The translations under genes and the position numbers were made by a program. Of a stretch of 64,000 bases of DNA, positions 13,834 to 29,720 are shown one piece after another. This DNA is from the human T2T-CHM13v2.0 reference genome, Homo sapiens. The notes below the pieces were generated by a model. That model ran no database searches. It had not been told where the DNA came from and saw only the letters and a program-made list of their open reading frames with translations. The stretch lies in NCBI RefSeq assembly GCF_009914755.1, contig NC_060931.1. The stretch is one strand, 5' to 3'. The first letter of the stretch is position 1; each line of letters opens with the position of its first letter.

Positions 13834-16800
13834 TTACGCTGTTTATAAAGAGGGGTCTCACTATGTAGACATTTCTGGAAAAACTGAAGCAACATGCAAG
13901 GAAACTGTTAATAACAATTTGTTTTAAATGGAAGTGATTTCAGGACAAAATGGGAAAAAATTCTTTTGATTTGTGTTTACAGCCTTTTCAAACACTACAT
14001 AGACAAAATTATGCACATTTAATATTTTAGACTGTTATCAAATAATGAAGCTATCCATAATATCTTTTTGGTAATTTCTTTTTACTTGAAGTTATTACCA
14101 ACAAAATACATCATGAGAACTGACCAGCTACATAATTGCTACAGATTTTTTTCTTCTTTCCTTTTTTTTAAAGCAAAGTACAGAGTAATTTTTAAGTGGT
14201 AAGAATCCATACTATACTAATTGTTTTCTAGACAAAGCATGTCAGACTATATAACACTATCAATACATGTAATGCGGTTTTTACGTATACTTATAAAAAT
14301 GCATTGGATACTTTTTCTGGGTATTCATTCCTCGCATCTCTTGTAGAAATGATTTATTCAATTTTCTCTGATCTTGATATTTAATAATTCAAACAATATA
14401 ATCTATTATATTATGCTGCATCCTAAATAAGCAATAACAATTACATAATAAAATTCAGGCAAAATAATTTAAGTGAAATAAGCAAATTTCATGATTTACC
14501 AGTTACTTAAGACATATGATATGAGTACATTAAAATGACCAATTGTTTTGATTAGTTTCCACTTATTGTTTTTGCTCTGATAGCATCTTCTCCACTAACA
14601 CATTATTGCCGTTACTCTTGTCACTTCTACGATCTCTTTTGGGTTTCTATATTCCTGATTGGCTAGTGGCTGCAATTTTTAGAGAGATAAACCCTATCAG
14701 GCCAGTTCTTTCTTTTAAGTCATTAATGGATTTGTAAATATGGTAATTAACCTTATGAACCACAAGGCTGCTCACTCCAAGCTCACAACTTACTAAAAGC
14801 CTTGGATAGCAAGATCACTGAACTACATTTTTCAGCACAAAAATAAAAACTCCCACAAAATGTTTCTTTATCTGTGAAAACTTGTCCCTGCAGTTCGGTG
14901 GATGGCTGCCAGAAAAGGGGGAACTGAGCTAAAATATTTGACTTGTAGCTTCACGTATCTACAGATTTACTACTAAAAACATAACTTCAAAGGCTGTGTA
15001 ACAGAGGGAAGGAAGCTACAAGTTATGTTTAAACTAGGTATGCAGAGAGATCTATTCTTTCCTGATTTGTTTTGTACTAGTATTCATAAGTGATCTTCCC
15101 CTGTGGCATTTACAGTACCCAACTTCTACTCAAGAACAATGTACTTACCAGCAGGAATAATCCCATTCCGCGAAACAAGAATGAATGAATCACAGAAAAA
15201 TAGTAAAGATGAGAATTTTATACTTTTTTTTTTTTACCAGTTTGATACCACAATGTACCCTGAATGTGAGGTGCTATGGGGAATATGAAGATGAAAGAGA
15301 CCCTGCCACTGCTTTCCAGGAGTTCACCATCTGGTATGGGAGACCAACATCCACCTAACTAGGTATTATCCCAGAGGTAAAACTGCTTTGGCAACACCTG
15401 GAAATATGGGAGGAGCAATTAAGGTTGGACAGATTCAGAAAAGATTTATGGAAGAAGTGGAATTCAATATGGCTCTTAAAATACTACAGTAGTAGGATTC
15501 TGAAACTCAGAGATGTGGAATTTCAGCATTTCACAGTGAACATATGTGCAAGATACAATACTGGATACTGTGGGGGCCTTTCGGGGAAGGGAATTAAGTC
15601 AGTAATGCTGGATCCTGGGGTAAATTTAAGGTAGGGGGAGGCAAAACTGGGAAGAAAAGAAGAGTTAAAATAGGGAGTTTTGAACTCCTGCTAAAAAGTC
15701 ATTTCACTCTGTATATCAAAGTATTTAAATTCAGGATCACAACCCTACATCCAAAGCAGAGAACATTACAAATAATCTAAAGGAATCTCTTTGTAGTTTA
15801 TCTAATTATCTAATTCATTCTTTCTAGAGATTAAAAATACCTTGAAGTACAGCACTAAGTTTTATTTACCTTGCTATTTTCTCGGCAGCTAGAAGAGAGT
15901 CTGGTATATTTGAATAATTGTATCAATGCCTATGGAATGGATGAGTACATTCTAATACAAAGTACGGCAGAGGTAAACACAAGTTTCCTATTAGTGAACT
16001 AAATATATATAATACTTAGAGGGATAGCATTCTGTAGATTATCATCCTTCATTGACATTATAAACTAATAGTCTCCCTTAGTATTTGCTGCTATAAGGTG
16101 GTAAAAGCTAGCTAACAAAGCAAAATGAAAGGTTGTTCATATTAAATAATACTGAAATGATTCCATTTTCTACATTGCCCTCCACAGGTCCTGAAGTGGA
16201 ACCATTAAAGAAAGGGTACCTGCCACTCCATATCATCTCACTTCAAGAACTTGCATAGAACATCTCAGTTTCTGCTTTTATAAAAAACATTTCTGCGTTC
16301 TACAGAGCCAAGACACAATCTACCATGGCCCTCCTGGGTTTGAAGATGACAAGCACATTTCTTTATTCATGTGTACTCAATTGCCTTTCAGCAATCTGCT
16401 GAACTGCATACTTGCTGGTCAGTTACCTTGGCAACTCCACAGTAAAGGCTGCTTCACTTTAAGTATAGTATGCCATTCACTTTGAGAAAAACATGATACA
16501 GATGTATGACACATTCATCATCTAGAAATGGAAAATGACTAAGCCACTATGTTTTGTTTGTAAAAATAATACTTCCTTTCTGTAGCATCAGTTTAAATTA
16601 CAGGCACCCACACAACATTTTAGAGGAGTGCCCTTTGCCTTTCCCTTTCGCATTTGTTACTTGCAAAACAAATAGCTCTTCAACAGAGGCAATTTAGGCA
16701 GTATTTACACCTATGCTTCCTTTCAAAAACAACAAATGACACAGAGAATTCGAAGCTATAGGTTCTTGTTCTAAACGTGAGCTATATAAATAAAGCTGAT

Positions 16801-19800
16801 GGGGTCCACTCCAACACCTACAGAGGCTATTACTAACAGTTAACACATGTTGCAGTCACATATGCCCAGGCAGCACTCACAAACCATAAGCTTAAAGCAT
16901 GTTGTTTTCCTTAAGAGCAAGTCTTGAAAATCAAATTTAAACACTCTAAGAATCCACAACACTAAGATCTAATAATCTCTGAAATATACATGTGTACAGT
17001 GCCATGCTAATCAAGCCAAGGTAACAGGGTCTGGCCTCTCTGTGTATCGCATGGTTTTGCAATCTTCTACGGCTGCAAATCCATTACCTCTGCAAACATA
17101 CGCCACTAGATATAAATGAAACTGGAAAACTATGGGTGGTTAAATCCATGCAATTCTATCACTATTAATGGGAAAAACAATGAGACCAAAAGTCCAACCC
17201 GCAAGAGGTCAAAAATATCATCTCCAAATAGCAAGCATAGCTAGATTTACAAAGATTAAAAACTTCTGAAGACAGGTAGTCATAAGGAACAGAATTTTTT
17301 AAGTAATAATTACATATCTGAGTAGAGAGAGCCAAAGGGTTATGTAAGCAAGTAGCTGGGATCATTATCTCGCTCTCCCTAAACATAGATCCAATTTATC
17401 TCATCACCATGTTACCAAAACCTTGTTCACAAAACTGTTATCTGTATGTTTCATTCACAGGGTATAGAATCTGCAGCCATTTCAACAACTCTATATTATG
17501 TGACAGCATAGAGCCCAGAATCAAATAACAGACCACGAAAGCAGTAGCAAAAAAAAAGGGAGCTCATGCTAGCTAAACAATGTCTTGTTTTCCTTTACTA
17601 ATAGTCCAGTGGAAACTCTCTCTCCATAATGAAAATATATGGGTGTGCACGTGTGCTTATTACAATTACCTTCAAAGCAAGTTTGAATGTATTTAGTAAA
17701 CATTAAATTTTGAAAGTACTATGGTGGTACGCTGCCAATGAATCCACAGCATATAACTTCACAATTCTCACAATGATTATTCTTAATGGCATGTGCATAA
17801 GCACAGGCACACACACAGCCCCTTCACTACAAAAATGTCCAGAGAACACTTGCCAGTTCTTTTTCTGCATCACCAAGAACAATTACATGGCTATAAAGAT
17901 AAAATAACAACTGAGTATAAGACCCTGCAAGTTTGAGCTAGTTTTAAATCTTAAAGCCATCTGTCTTCTGAAATCTTTGAGAAGAAAGTCATAAAGTATT
18001 GTCAATATTTATGTCCGGGTGACTTTGATTAGGTACCCAGTATGTTTAGGTCTCTCTTATAGATGCTTTATTAATAAACTAATCACTTTAAAATGTCCAT
18101 TTATATCATCATTTTCTAATTTTTAAGGTTTACAAGGATCTAATAAAATCTCAGTTTACCAGAACCACATGAAATGAATTGTTCCACAGAGCTGATGTTT
18201 CTGAAGTACTCTGCAGTTGATTCTTTTTCATGATGGTATAAGATCATCATTTTGTACATCAATTGTTGCACTCTGCTCTATTATACGGTGATACCCGTAT
18301 GGACTGTTTGGTTGCCTTGTCATTTACCGATCACACTGTGGGTCCCAGTCTGCTAATGCTTTTTAAGGTTGTGTGTTTTACAGATTTTGTTTTCTCTTTT
18401 GTAGACAAGTTGTCAGCTGTCATTTCTCATTGCTATCAGTATGTTTCCCATAGCAGCTTCTCTATCCCCTCTAATTTGCTGTTATTAATCGGCTGCAGGT
18501 TTAGAAACCAGACTACCAAATGAGGCAGGGTTGCACATTGAAGTAAAAACAAATGCGTGCTGTTTAACACACATAGGGCTCTGCTAGATGTAAAAGACAG
18601 GAGCCTGCATTCGCAGCATCTATTTTGGCTGCCGAAAGACTCTTTTGTGGCGTATTTCCTGGTTCTTAGTTGACGCAGTACACTTCTGAATAGATGATCT
18701 TACTATACTTGAGAGAGAGCCATTACTTAAGGTGATGGCAGCAGAAACTCTGTTATAAAATACATTCACAAATAAATAGGTGTACAATTGAAAGTCTTAA
18801 TTCAACCCATATATTACATAACTGTGAACTGTCAAATAAAAAATGGATTGAATGCATTGTATAAAACACTTACATATTCGATATGTGGGAAATACACTGC
18901 ACAATTTAAACGAAGAGATCTATGGATTAAATGATATGTTGCCCTTAGTTATAGCTAAATCAGCCTAAGATACTATAACACAATATAATTAATAAGTAAC
19001 TTATTAATAAGCAATTAAAGTCTATTTCTAAAAGCATTTCAATTTTATCAATTTGTTTCTCACATGAAGAGTTTGAAGATGGAAGCTGTTCATTGGGAAG
19101 CATCGCAAAGGTGTTTTAACTAAGTTCAAATTATTTAAATATGATAGTATATATTTCACAGCTAGGAAATTAGTTGTTCAAGTAATTTGAACTTAGTTTA
19201 AGTATTGCCTTAACAGTAAGTATTATCTAAAAAAATGTTTTGGATAAGAATGATTAAGAAGGTTTTAAGGTATGTTGAGGATACAAAGAGAGTACTAAAC
19301 AGCCACCTATCTGCTGTATCTTTTAAAATAAATTGTTGCCTAAGCAACTAGGTATCATCATCCCTGATAATTAAAAATGTTAAGTACTGACAAAAAATAA
19401 TACTTCTCGTCTCATATTTTATAGTTTTAACATCTAAAAACTCTTTATGAGATTCAGAGTCCCTGTATACATAGGAATTGAACAAGAGGCAAATCTCACT
19501 TGCTGTCTCTGCATCAAAAGAACTCATTTCAAAGTTTGCATAGCCTGATACATTTATGGATTCCTTTCTAATTTATTTTTTTAACATGTTGTTACTACAG
19601 TCAAATTGAAATTTAATTATTAAGCCAGGTAATTGCTGTAGAGAAATATTTTAAGAGAGATCAATATCCAGCCAGTTAGACAACCTGTTTTTGTTTTTGT
19701 TTTTCTCACTAAGATTTACCTTGTGTTTTATCAATACAACTTTATGAATCTTGGCTTTGAATCAAAAGCTTTTCTCAGCAGTCTGCCCTTCACCTTTAAT

Positions 19801-20708
19801 TCACTCAACATCAAAGTACTGCAGGCCATTCATCTGGCATTGGCCAGCTATTGTTTTTTTTTCAGTCACAGATAGTCCATGCCTTGGCTGTGGAATCCAT
19901 CACTAAGAAGGCATTACAGTGTCTTTGTAAACTTCATTTCTCTAGGAGATATGGCCACTTTTCTTTACATGAAGTAGGAGAGGAAACCATTACTTGAATC
20001 TTCTACAAAAAAGCAGAAGAGTTTCTTCATGATATTTTCCCCAACTAAAACCACTTACTTTCAGTTTTTCCAAAGTGGAACTAAACATCTTGATTATTGT
20101 GTGATTTCATGTGTGTGTTTTTTAAATGTCAATCGGAAAAAGGTTGCAAACCATTGCTAATTGGTGATCAATAAGCTTAGTGTCATAGCATGCTACATTG
20201 AAAAGAGCTTTATATGTCATCCTGTCTGGGCATGCCAAATATATTTCTTTATTAAGAGACAGATCATAACATTATTTCCTACCTGCATATGGCCTCTGCC
20301 TCCTACTTAACCCAGGATTCCTGACAGTTACTAACAATCAGAGTTTGCATGCATTTGCTCTCTTGGAGAGTTCAGTCCATTTTATAGATAACAAAATTGA
20401 ACGTAGAGGGACTAAGTGACTGCTTCAAGCCTATAGGACCCATAACTAGAAAATAGAAAAAAGGAAGAGTGGGTGTGTCAAAGAAGCTGATGGCCCTCAG
20501 CTTGCTCAAGTAGGTCCCCTACTCCCATTCCAGGGAAAAAAAGAAGAGATTCCATAGTCCATATCTGGAGTATTCCTTATTGCTTTTGTAACCACTTACT
20601 GGGTGCTGAGGTAGAATGTCAAAAGTTAAGGCATTCAAATTCCTTAGAATCCTATTTACAGAAGAAGTACCATCCTACCGCTTTAGCTAAGAATTGGAAT
20701 ATTCTTTG

Positions 20709-20999
<291 letters not shown>

Positions 21000-23265
21000 G
21001 CTACACAAAACATATATTTGTCAAATTTATTTTATATATAAATGATCCTATCATCTTTTGTGCTCTCTTGAAATTTTCTAAAAGAGATGACTGGGATTCA
21101 TGGTCAAGAACATCTCAAAGAACATTCTATATCTGAGACAGCATTTAAAATGGCCTTGCCATACAAGTTACTAGTATTTGTTATTATAATTTTAAAAGTG
21201 ATGAAACAATTCTCCTCATACAGTTGACAAAACTTACTCCCTGTATAAGGTATCTTGATAATTCAGAACTATAATGATAGGATATAAATAGGATGAGAAG
21301 AAAGAAAAATAATCTAAAGGATGAGATCAAGCTAAACTGAAGAAATAAGAAAATGTGATAATCGAAACTCTTTACCTCAGTAGATTCAAGATGGAGGGAT
21401 CATTTCTATTCTGAAAACTCTAGTTATCTCTTGGGTCCCAAGGAGAAAATCAGTGTGAGGTTCAATGACAGTATGAAGTTTGAAACAGGAAGAGACTGGC
21501 GTCTCTTAGAGATTCTAGATGACACTATATGTCAAGGTCTTGAAATGCATTTCCCTGAGAACAGCACCATAATAGATGACTCTGCTGAGTGCAGCAGCTG
21601 TTGAGAGAGTATTTTTTTGTTTTTGGAAATCAAACAGCAAGAGGAGAGAGAGGCATGCTCAGAGAGAACAGAGGTTCCAGGGATCAAAGCTAAAGAGGAA
21701 AGACTGAAGAAAAGGGATGACTGCAATCTAGTGAAAAATGATGTGAAGTCCAGAGGAAGAGTCTTCAGAGATCCTCGGTGAGGCACAAGGAACCAGGGCA
21801 TGTCCCAAGTCCTTTGGAGATGACAGAGCAGAAGTGCAGTGCAGACTGCAACAGTGAAGGACACCGGGGACCCATAACCAGAAAATAGATTAGAAAAAAG
21901 GAAGAGTGACTGTGTCAAAGAAGCCGATGGCCCTCAGCTTGCTCAAGAAACCAGCCAGATAAGGGTGTAATCAGGGGTGATTCCCTTGAAGGAACTTGGG
22001 AGAATCTGATGGCAATATCTAAAGAGAATGTGGGGAAAAGAACTATGAGATCATGGGCCTGTGTCCTGGAACAAGTGCATCTAGTGCTTTTTAAAACAAA
22101 TTTTTGTGATCTTTTCATGAGAAGTTATTTGTATGAAACTCTATGTTTTCTTACAGATCTTAGCAAGGAAAATTCCTTAGAAATACACAGGTATTTGTAG
22201 GTTTGTTTCAAAGTCACTTGAGAAAATAGATGTTGGGAAACTTTGTCCCATTGTGAAAGAGATCTGGGGGTAGAAGTGTCCAGCTGAAGAATAATTCGGT
22301 TCCAGCTATAAAAATGTTAGTGATGCCCAACTTCAGAGATGTATGAAGAAAATGAAGTAAGCCAGGAATCAATCCTACAAGTACCCAGCAGGTTTCATCT
22401 GGCATTATCATCTTATCACATAAAATTACTGTTCTTTTCAAAACATTTTAATATTACTATTATTTTTATAGACATTTTGGTTGCTCCGAAGTTAGAGAAA
22501 CTACTATTCTGCTGAGGTTCATGAACACATGTAGTTAATATTCTGTGTGAAGGATCATAAAGCCAAAAAAAAAAAAAAGAAATATTAAGTGCAAGTTCAT
22601 AATGGTAACTGGTATTTTGAAAACAACTAATATTTTGACTGTTAAGTAATGCCTTTTCTCCATAATGAAATGCGTTATTTCAAAGGTCCTGGAATATTGC
22701 TGATGGTCACATTTATAGATACTGAAGAAAAATTTAGAAGGATCAATCAATCATTTACAGGTCAAGTCATCTTTCCAATAGAAAACAAGTGCCACTAAGT
22801 AATAGCAAAACATATCAATTTGGTTTTGCAACAAGAATCATCCAAAATTAACCAAAATATGAGTTTTTCCAAGGTTACATACTGCTATTTAAAATGATAC
22901 ATGTTAAATGTACGTTTTTCAGTATTATAAATAACTTGTTATAGTAACCACAGTAGGACAATTTTTATAAGTGGCAAGCTAGTGACTGGATAAAAGGTAA
23001 GTTAAAAACATAGGAATGGTTTTTAGTTTTTCTTTAAAAAGGGCAAAGCTACAGCCAAGGAAGAGGACTTGAAAAATAATGGAATAAGAACACACGGGAT
23101 CTAAAACAGAAGTTTTAGAAGATTAGGAAAACAAAATTTTAGTTTTTCAGACTTACTAACAACAACAACAAAAAGCCACACATGACTAAAAAAGGGAAGA
23201 GACTATTGGAAGCAGACATTTAATTGGCTCCCCCAAAGGGATTTAGATTTACAACCTAAACTCAC

Positions 23266-23373
23266 CATCTTTCATCCCAGCAGCCATTTTTCTGCTGATA
23301 ATAAAATTGTTGGCCTGTCTGGTCTTCCAGTTAACTGTTCCATTTATGCCATCAGCACAGCTTAATAAAAAAG
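23266..23373 (-). CDS. SGCE: Alternative in-frame SGCE cassette exon in intron 1 (108 nt; AFLLSCADGINGTVNWKTRQANNFIISRKMAAGMKD)
   Basis: TTTGTTTTATTCTGAAAAG acceptor, ATG|GTGAGT donor, length divisible by 3, phase 1-1, no stop in the SGCE frame; I recall an annotated SGCE isoform with an insert here. Confidence 0.7.
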
Positions 23374-23494
23374 CTTTTCAGAATAAAACAAATGTACAAA
23401 AAAATGAAATTAATGTCATGATTTTTTAAAATGACTGTCACAGATCACCTACAATTAACTGGGATCAGATTCCTTCCAGCCCAGCTAACTGTTT

Positions 23495-25300
<1,806 letters not shown>

Positions 25301-25712
25301 ATCAAATGATAGACTGAAGAGTAGCAAGGTGGACAGAAGGTTGGTTATTTTAGTAGGGATGACATATTTTGTATCTAAATAGAGGAAAAGATGTAAGGGG
25401 GGAAGAGATTAAGGATAAAGAACAGGAGCATAACTGATAAGATACAATCCAAGAAAAGGTAGAATGGGTAGGACCAAGCATGTGGAAGTAAGGAAAATAC
25501 TTTGGGCATGAGAAAAGGAAAGGAAAGTGAAGACAGCAACAGTTAGTGGAGTATAGCAAACTTAACTTTAAAAGAGCTCCCCACCTTAATAAATCAGAAG
25601 TAAAAGGCATATTTCCTTTTCAAACTGAATTTTCAGTAAAAATCTGAACTTAAGCTAAATTATGAAAAATCCAACCCTTCAAAATGAGAAAAGAATACAA
25701 TTCAAAACCCAG

Positions 25713-25873
25713 ATTATTATTATTATTAGTAGTAGTAGTAGTGTTTTTAGAGATGGGGTCCACTATGTTGCCCAGGCTGGACTAGAACTCCTGGGCTCAA
25801 GTAATCAATCATCCTACCTCAGCTTCCCAAGTAGCTAGGACTACAACCACTGCTGGGACCACTGCAACCGGCT
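25713..25873 (-). mobile_element. Alu monomer (FLAM/AluJ-like) with (TTA)n(GTA)n tail
   Basis: GAGATGGGGTCCACTATGTTGCCCAGGCTGG...CTCCTGGGCTCAAG; flanked by AAAACCCAG / AAAACCGAG. Confidence 0.8.
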
Positions 25874-28839
25874 AAAACCGAGGCTACCGATTTAATCATG
25901 ACACATTGTATGCTTGTATCAAAATGTCACAGGCACCCTTTATATATGTACAACTATTACATATCCATAATTAAAATTTTAAAAAGTTGTTAAACCCAGG
26001 TTATTAAAAACAAACAAAACCTCAGGTGATCATGTCAGTGACACCTAGGAGTACAAATCAAAATCCACAGCACCCCCCAAAATAAGCTACTGAATTTGTA
26101 TTCAATTTAAAATATATGTCAAATTAAGAATATTAATTTTATCTACTAAATGACCAATCTTATGAATTTCTCTAATAAATGGCTTATTTAATAACGGAAG
26201 TTATGTATTTTTAAATCCAGATGAATAATACAGGAGGCATTTCCCAATAATTTAAGCTAAAACAGGATCAGAAATGCTAATAGTCTCTTGTGGCAAAATA
26301 CTCCACCCCCAGGGTTTTTCCTGATGGCTATGTTCCAAAAGCAACATGCTGGTTACATAGGAAGCACGTAGGCAGCTCCCCCAAAATACATATTCACATG
26401 TACCCCCAAAATATACATAGTAAAAAATTCTAAAACACATATTCATGACTCCACCATGGAGAGTCTAGGTAGATGGGTTACACAATTCCGTCAGGTAATT
26501 CACATACAAAACTGTGAACTCTAGAAGACAGAGGAGCCATTACAGAACCCAAAGAAATATAAACTATTACCTGAAAACCCTACCCATTCCAACCTCCAAC
26601 TGATTTACAGGTACAACCAATTTGTAAAAACATGCAAGACCTTGCTGGATAGTGGAATATCCCAACTAGAAGGACAAGAAACAGGTGGCCAAATTCTTCT
26701 CTACAATGTTCCAAAGAACAATGTATTTGTGGATATGACAAGCAACATTTAGATTTAACTGCTTCCCATCACCAGCTCCTGAGCAAGGTACTTTCACATA
26801 TACTGTCTAATTCAATCCTTACAAAACCAAATCATCTATTAATGTGTCTGAAGATTATAGGGGCTTAATCTTAAAGCATAATGAAGTAAATCCTGCAGGC
26901 AAGCAGACACTCTATAGAACTCTCCATTTCTCCATGAACTGGGTAGTTACCATAAAGAAAGAATGGGGTGAGTGCCCAGGCAGCTTCTCTTTTGTTCCTT
27001 CCTTTATTCTAGCTCAGTGGTTCTCAGACTATGTTGTGCATAAGAATTATTGTTCAGAGTTTTATATACAAAATTACACATATTATACCTTATGGGCTAT
27101 TTAAAGGATTTACTAGGATAATTTTAGGTCTATGGAATTTTTTCTTACACTCTTGCTTTTAGAATCCTACTAACCCAGCATAAGATTTAACACCACTACA
27201 TGTCCTTGGCTAGTGAATCAATGCATCATTGCTCATACTTTCCAGGTCCTGCATAAGGGCAGTCTAGTTGGCTTTTACAGGATTCAAAAAGCAAATTGAA
27301 TTGGTGTCTCAATTGTTTAAACAGAGAGGCAGGGTAGAATAGTTTAAACACAACACACAGATATTGCTGTATTTCAAGGCCAGCACTGCTTTTGAACACA
27401 TTCATTTTTTAAAAGTTTGTATTGATCCAGATGAAGTCCTACTTTGACCACAGAAGACTGAAGTCCAATAAATCCCAATAAAAGGACAATGTTTTATGGC
27501 TCTACTCCCCAGGCAATATCACTAAAGGCAAGACACGATGCCACGAATGATGTGCTTAAACCAAGTCCCACATATTGAGGGAGAAACTTTAATAATAGGG
27601 AAATAACTATTTATTTTTAATTGTGTGTCCAATATCATGGATCCACTTGACTAACTTCTTGTATAGAAAAGTATTGTATTCTGTACATTGACAAGTACAG
27701 AATACTCATTGAAAAAGGCTAGTATTTTAAAGTTTAATTTTCATTAGAAAAGGACCAATGCATTTTTTTATGTGAGAATGGATTTCTCTAGGACGGAAAA
27801 ATATGACTCAATATTTAAAATATGTATCCTACCTACAACTTTTCAAGATTAAATCTAATGTGTAAAGATATGTCAACCTTGTAGAGACTGGTTCTTGGAC
27901 ATCCTCCAAAGACACTGGACTATCCTCAGGAATCTTAAAAGGAAGAGAACGCCACTGTGCTCACCAGGTTCATGGTAATCTACATTACAATTATATCTGG
28001 GTGTGAGTTTTACTCTAGTTCATAAACACAAAAACAAAACATCATATGCATCTTGCATTTACAAAGCCCAAGCTAAGAAGGCATTCACACAATTAGCCAG
28101 GATATCACTGTACATAATTTAATCATCTTTTCAATGTTCCCCCTTCTAAATCATCAAAGCCTAAATTAATCCAAAGGTGGCTGGCATGCCTTCACCTTCC
28201 CTAGAAACCATATGACAGTTAAAGTTTGTCTTAAGATTCCATGATTCATTTTGAGTCTTGTAGCGGCATGACTACATTTCATCTGGCCTGGGGCAAGCAC
28301 TCTCTGAAGAGATATTACTGTTTCCCAAACCTGAATAATTTGCTGACTGGGGGAGGAGAGGATTGCTATTTAATAAAAGTAATTGAAGAGCTGTGAATAG
28401 TGACTGATTGCTGATGAGCTAATCAGAATATCAAGGAAGGGAAATAATAAATAATAACTTATTCAGACATCACTGTCCAAGTAAACAGCCGGATATGCCA
28501 AATGAAATTTAATCTGATTATCATACTCACCTTAAAAGCAAACTGTCAAGTCTTTCTCTGTCCACTACTTCATTTGTCTCTTTCATATTCCACTGTAAGG
28601 GGGATGAAAGACTTTGTTTTCAGAAGTTGGTTATATAGCTCACGTGTCCGGCATCCCTTCCCTTCTCTTACCATCCCCATCCAAGTTGTTACGCTGCTCC
28701 CTGACCCTCTACATTTTTCTCTTCCCTTCTTTTATGCAATTCTCCTCATTTCTTTTAAAATTGTTTCCTACATCAAAACATTATTTTTACATTTTTCTCT
28801 CTAAAAAATGTAAGTTGGCCATTACTTTTCTTTAGCTAC

Positions 28840-29060
28840 AATGTCTTAAATACTAAGTGCTGGATACTACACCAAGGGTTGTACACATATTAACTAATGT
28901 AATCCTTACAATGACTATGTTAAGTAGGCAGTATTCACTCTATTTTACAATGAGACTACCAAGTTTAAGAAAATTATGTTAACTCACCCCAGGTCTTATG
29001 TTTACTAAGTGGCAGAGTTGAATTTTTAACCCATTTCATGGTTGACTGCAAAGTCTATGT
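28840..29060 (-). mobile_element. MIR SINE
   Basis: TAATCCTTACAATGAC...TATTTTACAATGAG...AAGTGGCAGAG MIR-like core. Confidence 0.6.
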
Positions 29061-29089
29061 CATGAACACATCAATACTACCCCCAAATA

Positions 29090-29180
29090 CAGTCATGCAT
29101 TGCTTAATAATGGAGATACTTTTTGAGAAATGCATTGTTAGGTGATTTTGTTGTGCAGTCAAAGAATGTACTTACACAAA
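29090..29180 (+). mobile_element. Tigger3-like DNA transposon end fragment
   Basis: TA|CAGTCATGCATTGCTTAATAATGGAGATAC...GAGAAATGC...TGTACTTACACAAA; same family as the element at 58.8 kb. Confidence 0.75.
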
Positions 29181-29519
29181 ATGATATACACATTTTTATT
29201 TATATATATTTTTTCATATATAAAGCCAAAGTTCCCATCACCATTACTATGCTACTACTGTGCAGTGGAAATTAATCTCATGCACTATGGGCACCAAAAC
29301 AAGAACAAAAACAATTTGTTGAAAGAAGAAAGCTTTAAGTTTTGGAACCTATGGGGAAAAAAATGGCTTTACTGAGGAGGACTGTTTACCCCAACCTCTG
29401 AAAGGAGTTGGGAAAAGATAATCCTAAAAGAAATGTTACAGCAAGGCTTTAAATGAAGAATGCCAGAAGAAGCTAAAAAAATTAGATATAAGAGACTTTA
29501 GAGTGAAATAAAACTGTAG

Positions 29520-29720
29520 TACAGAAAGGTAGTGTTTAACATCAGTCTTTACAGACAGTGTCTGGGTTCAAATCCTAATTTTTGTCCATTGGGCAAGCTA
29601 CTCAATGTTTCTGTGCCTCATCTGGAATAGAATAGTACCCATATCAGTGACATACTGTTGAGTATTAAATGACATAATGTATTTAAGAACTTTAGAAGAA
29701 TGCCTAGCATATAATGATGT
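29520..29720 (+). mobile_element. MIR SINE
   Basis: CTGGGTTCAAATCC...GGGCAAGCTACTCAA...TGTGCCTCATCTG...AGAATGCCTAGCATATAA. Confidence 0.65.

Noticed and set aside
15143-15151. Strong minus-strand donor CTG|GTAAGT in SGCE intron 1
   Set aside because: I could not pair it with a convincing acceptor; isolated donor motifs are common
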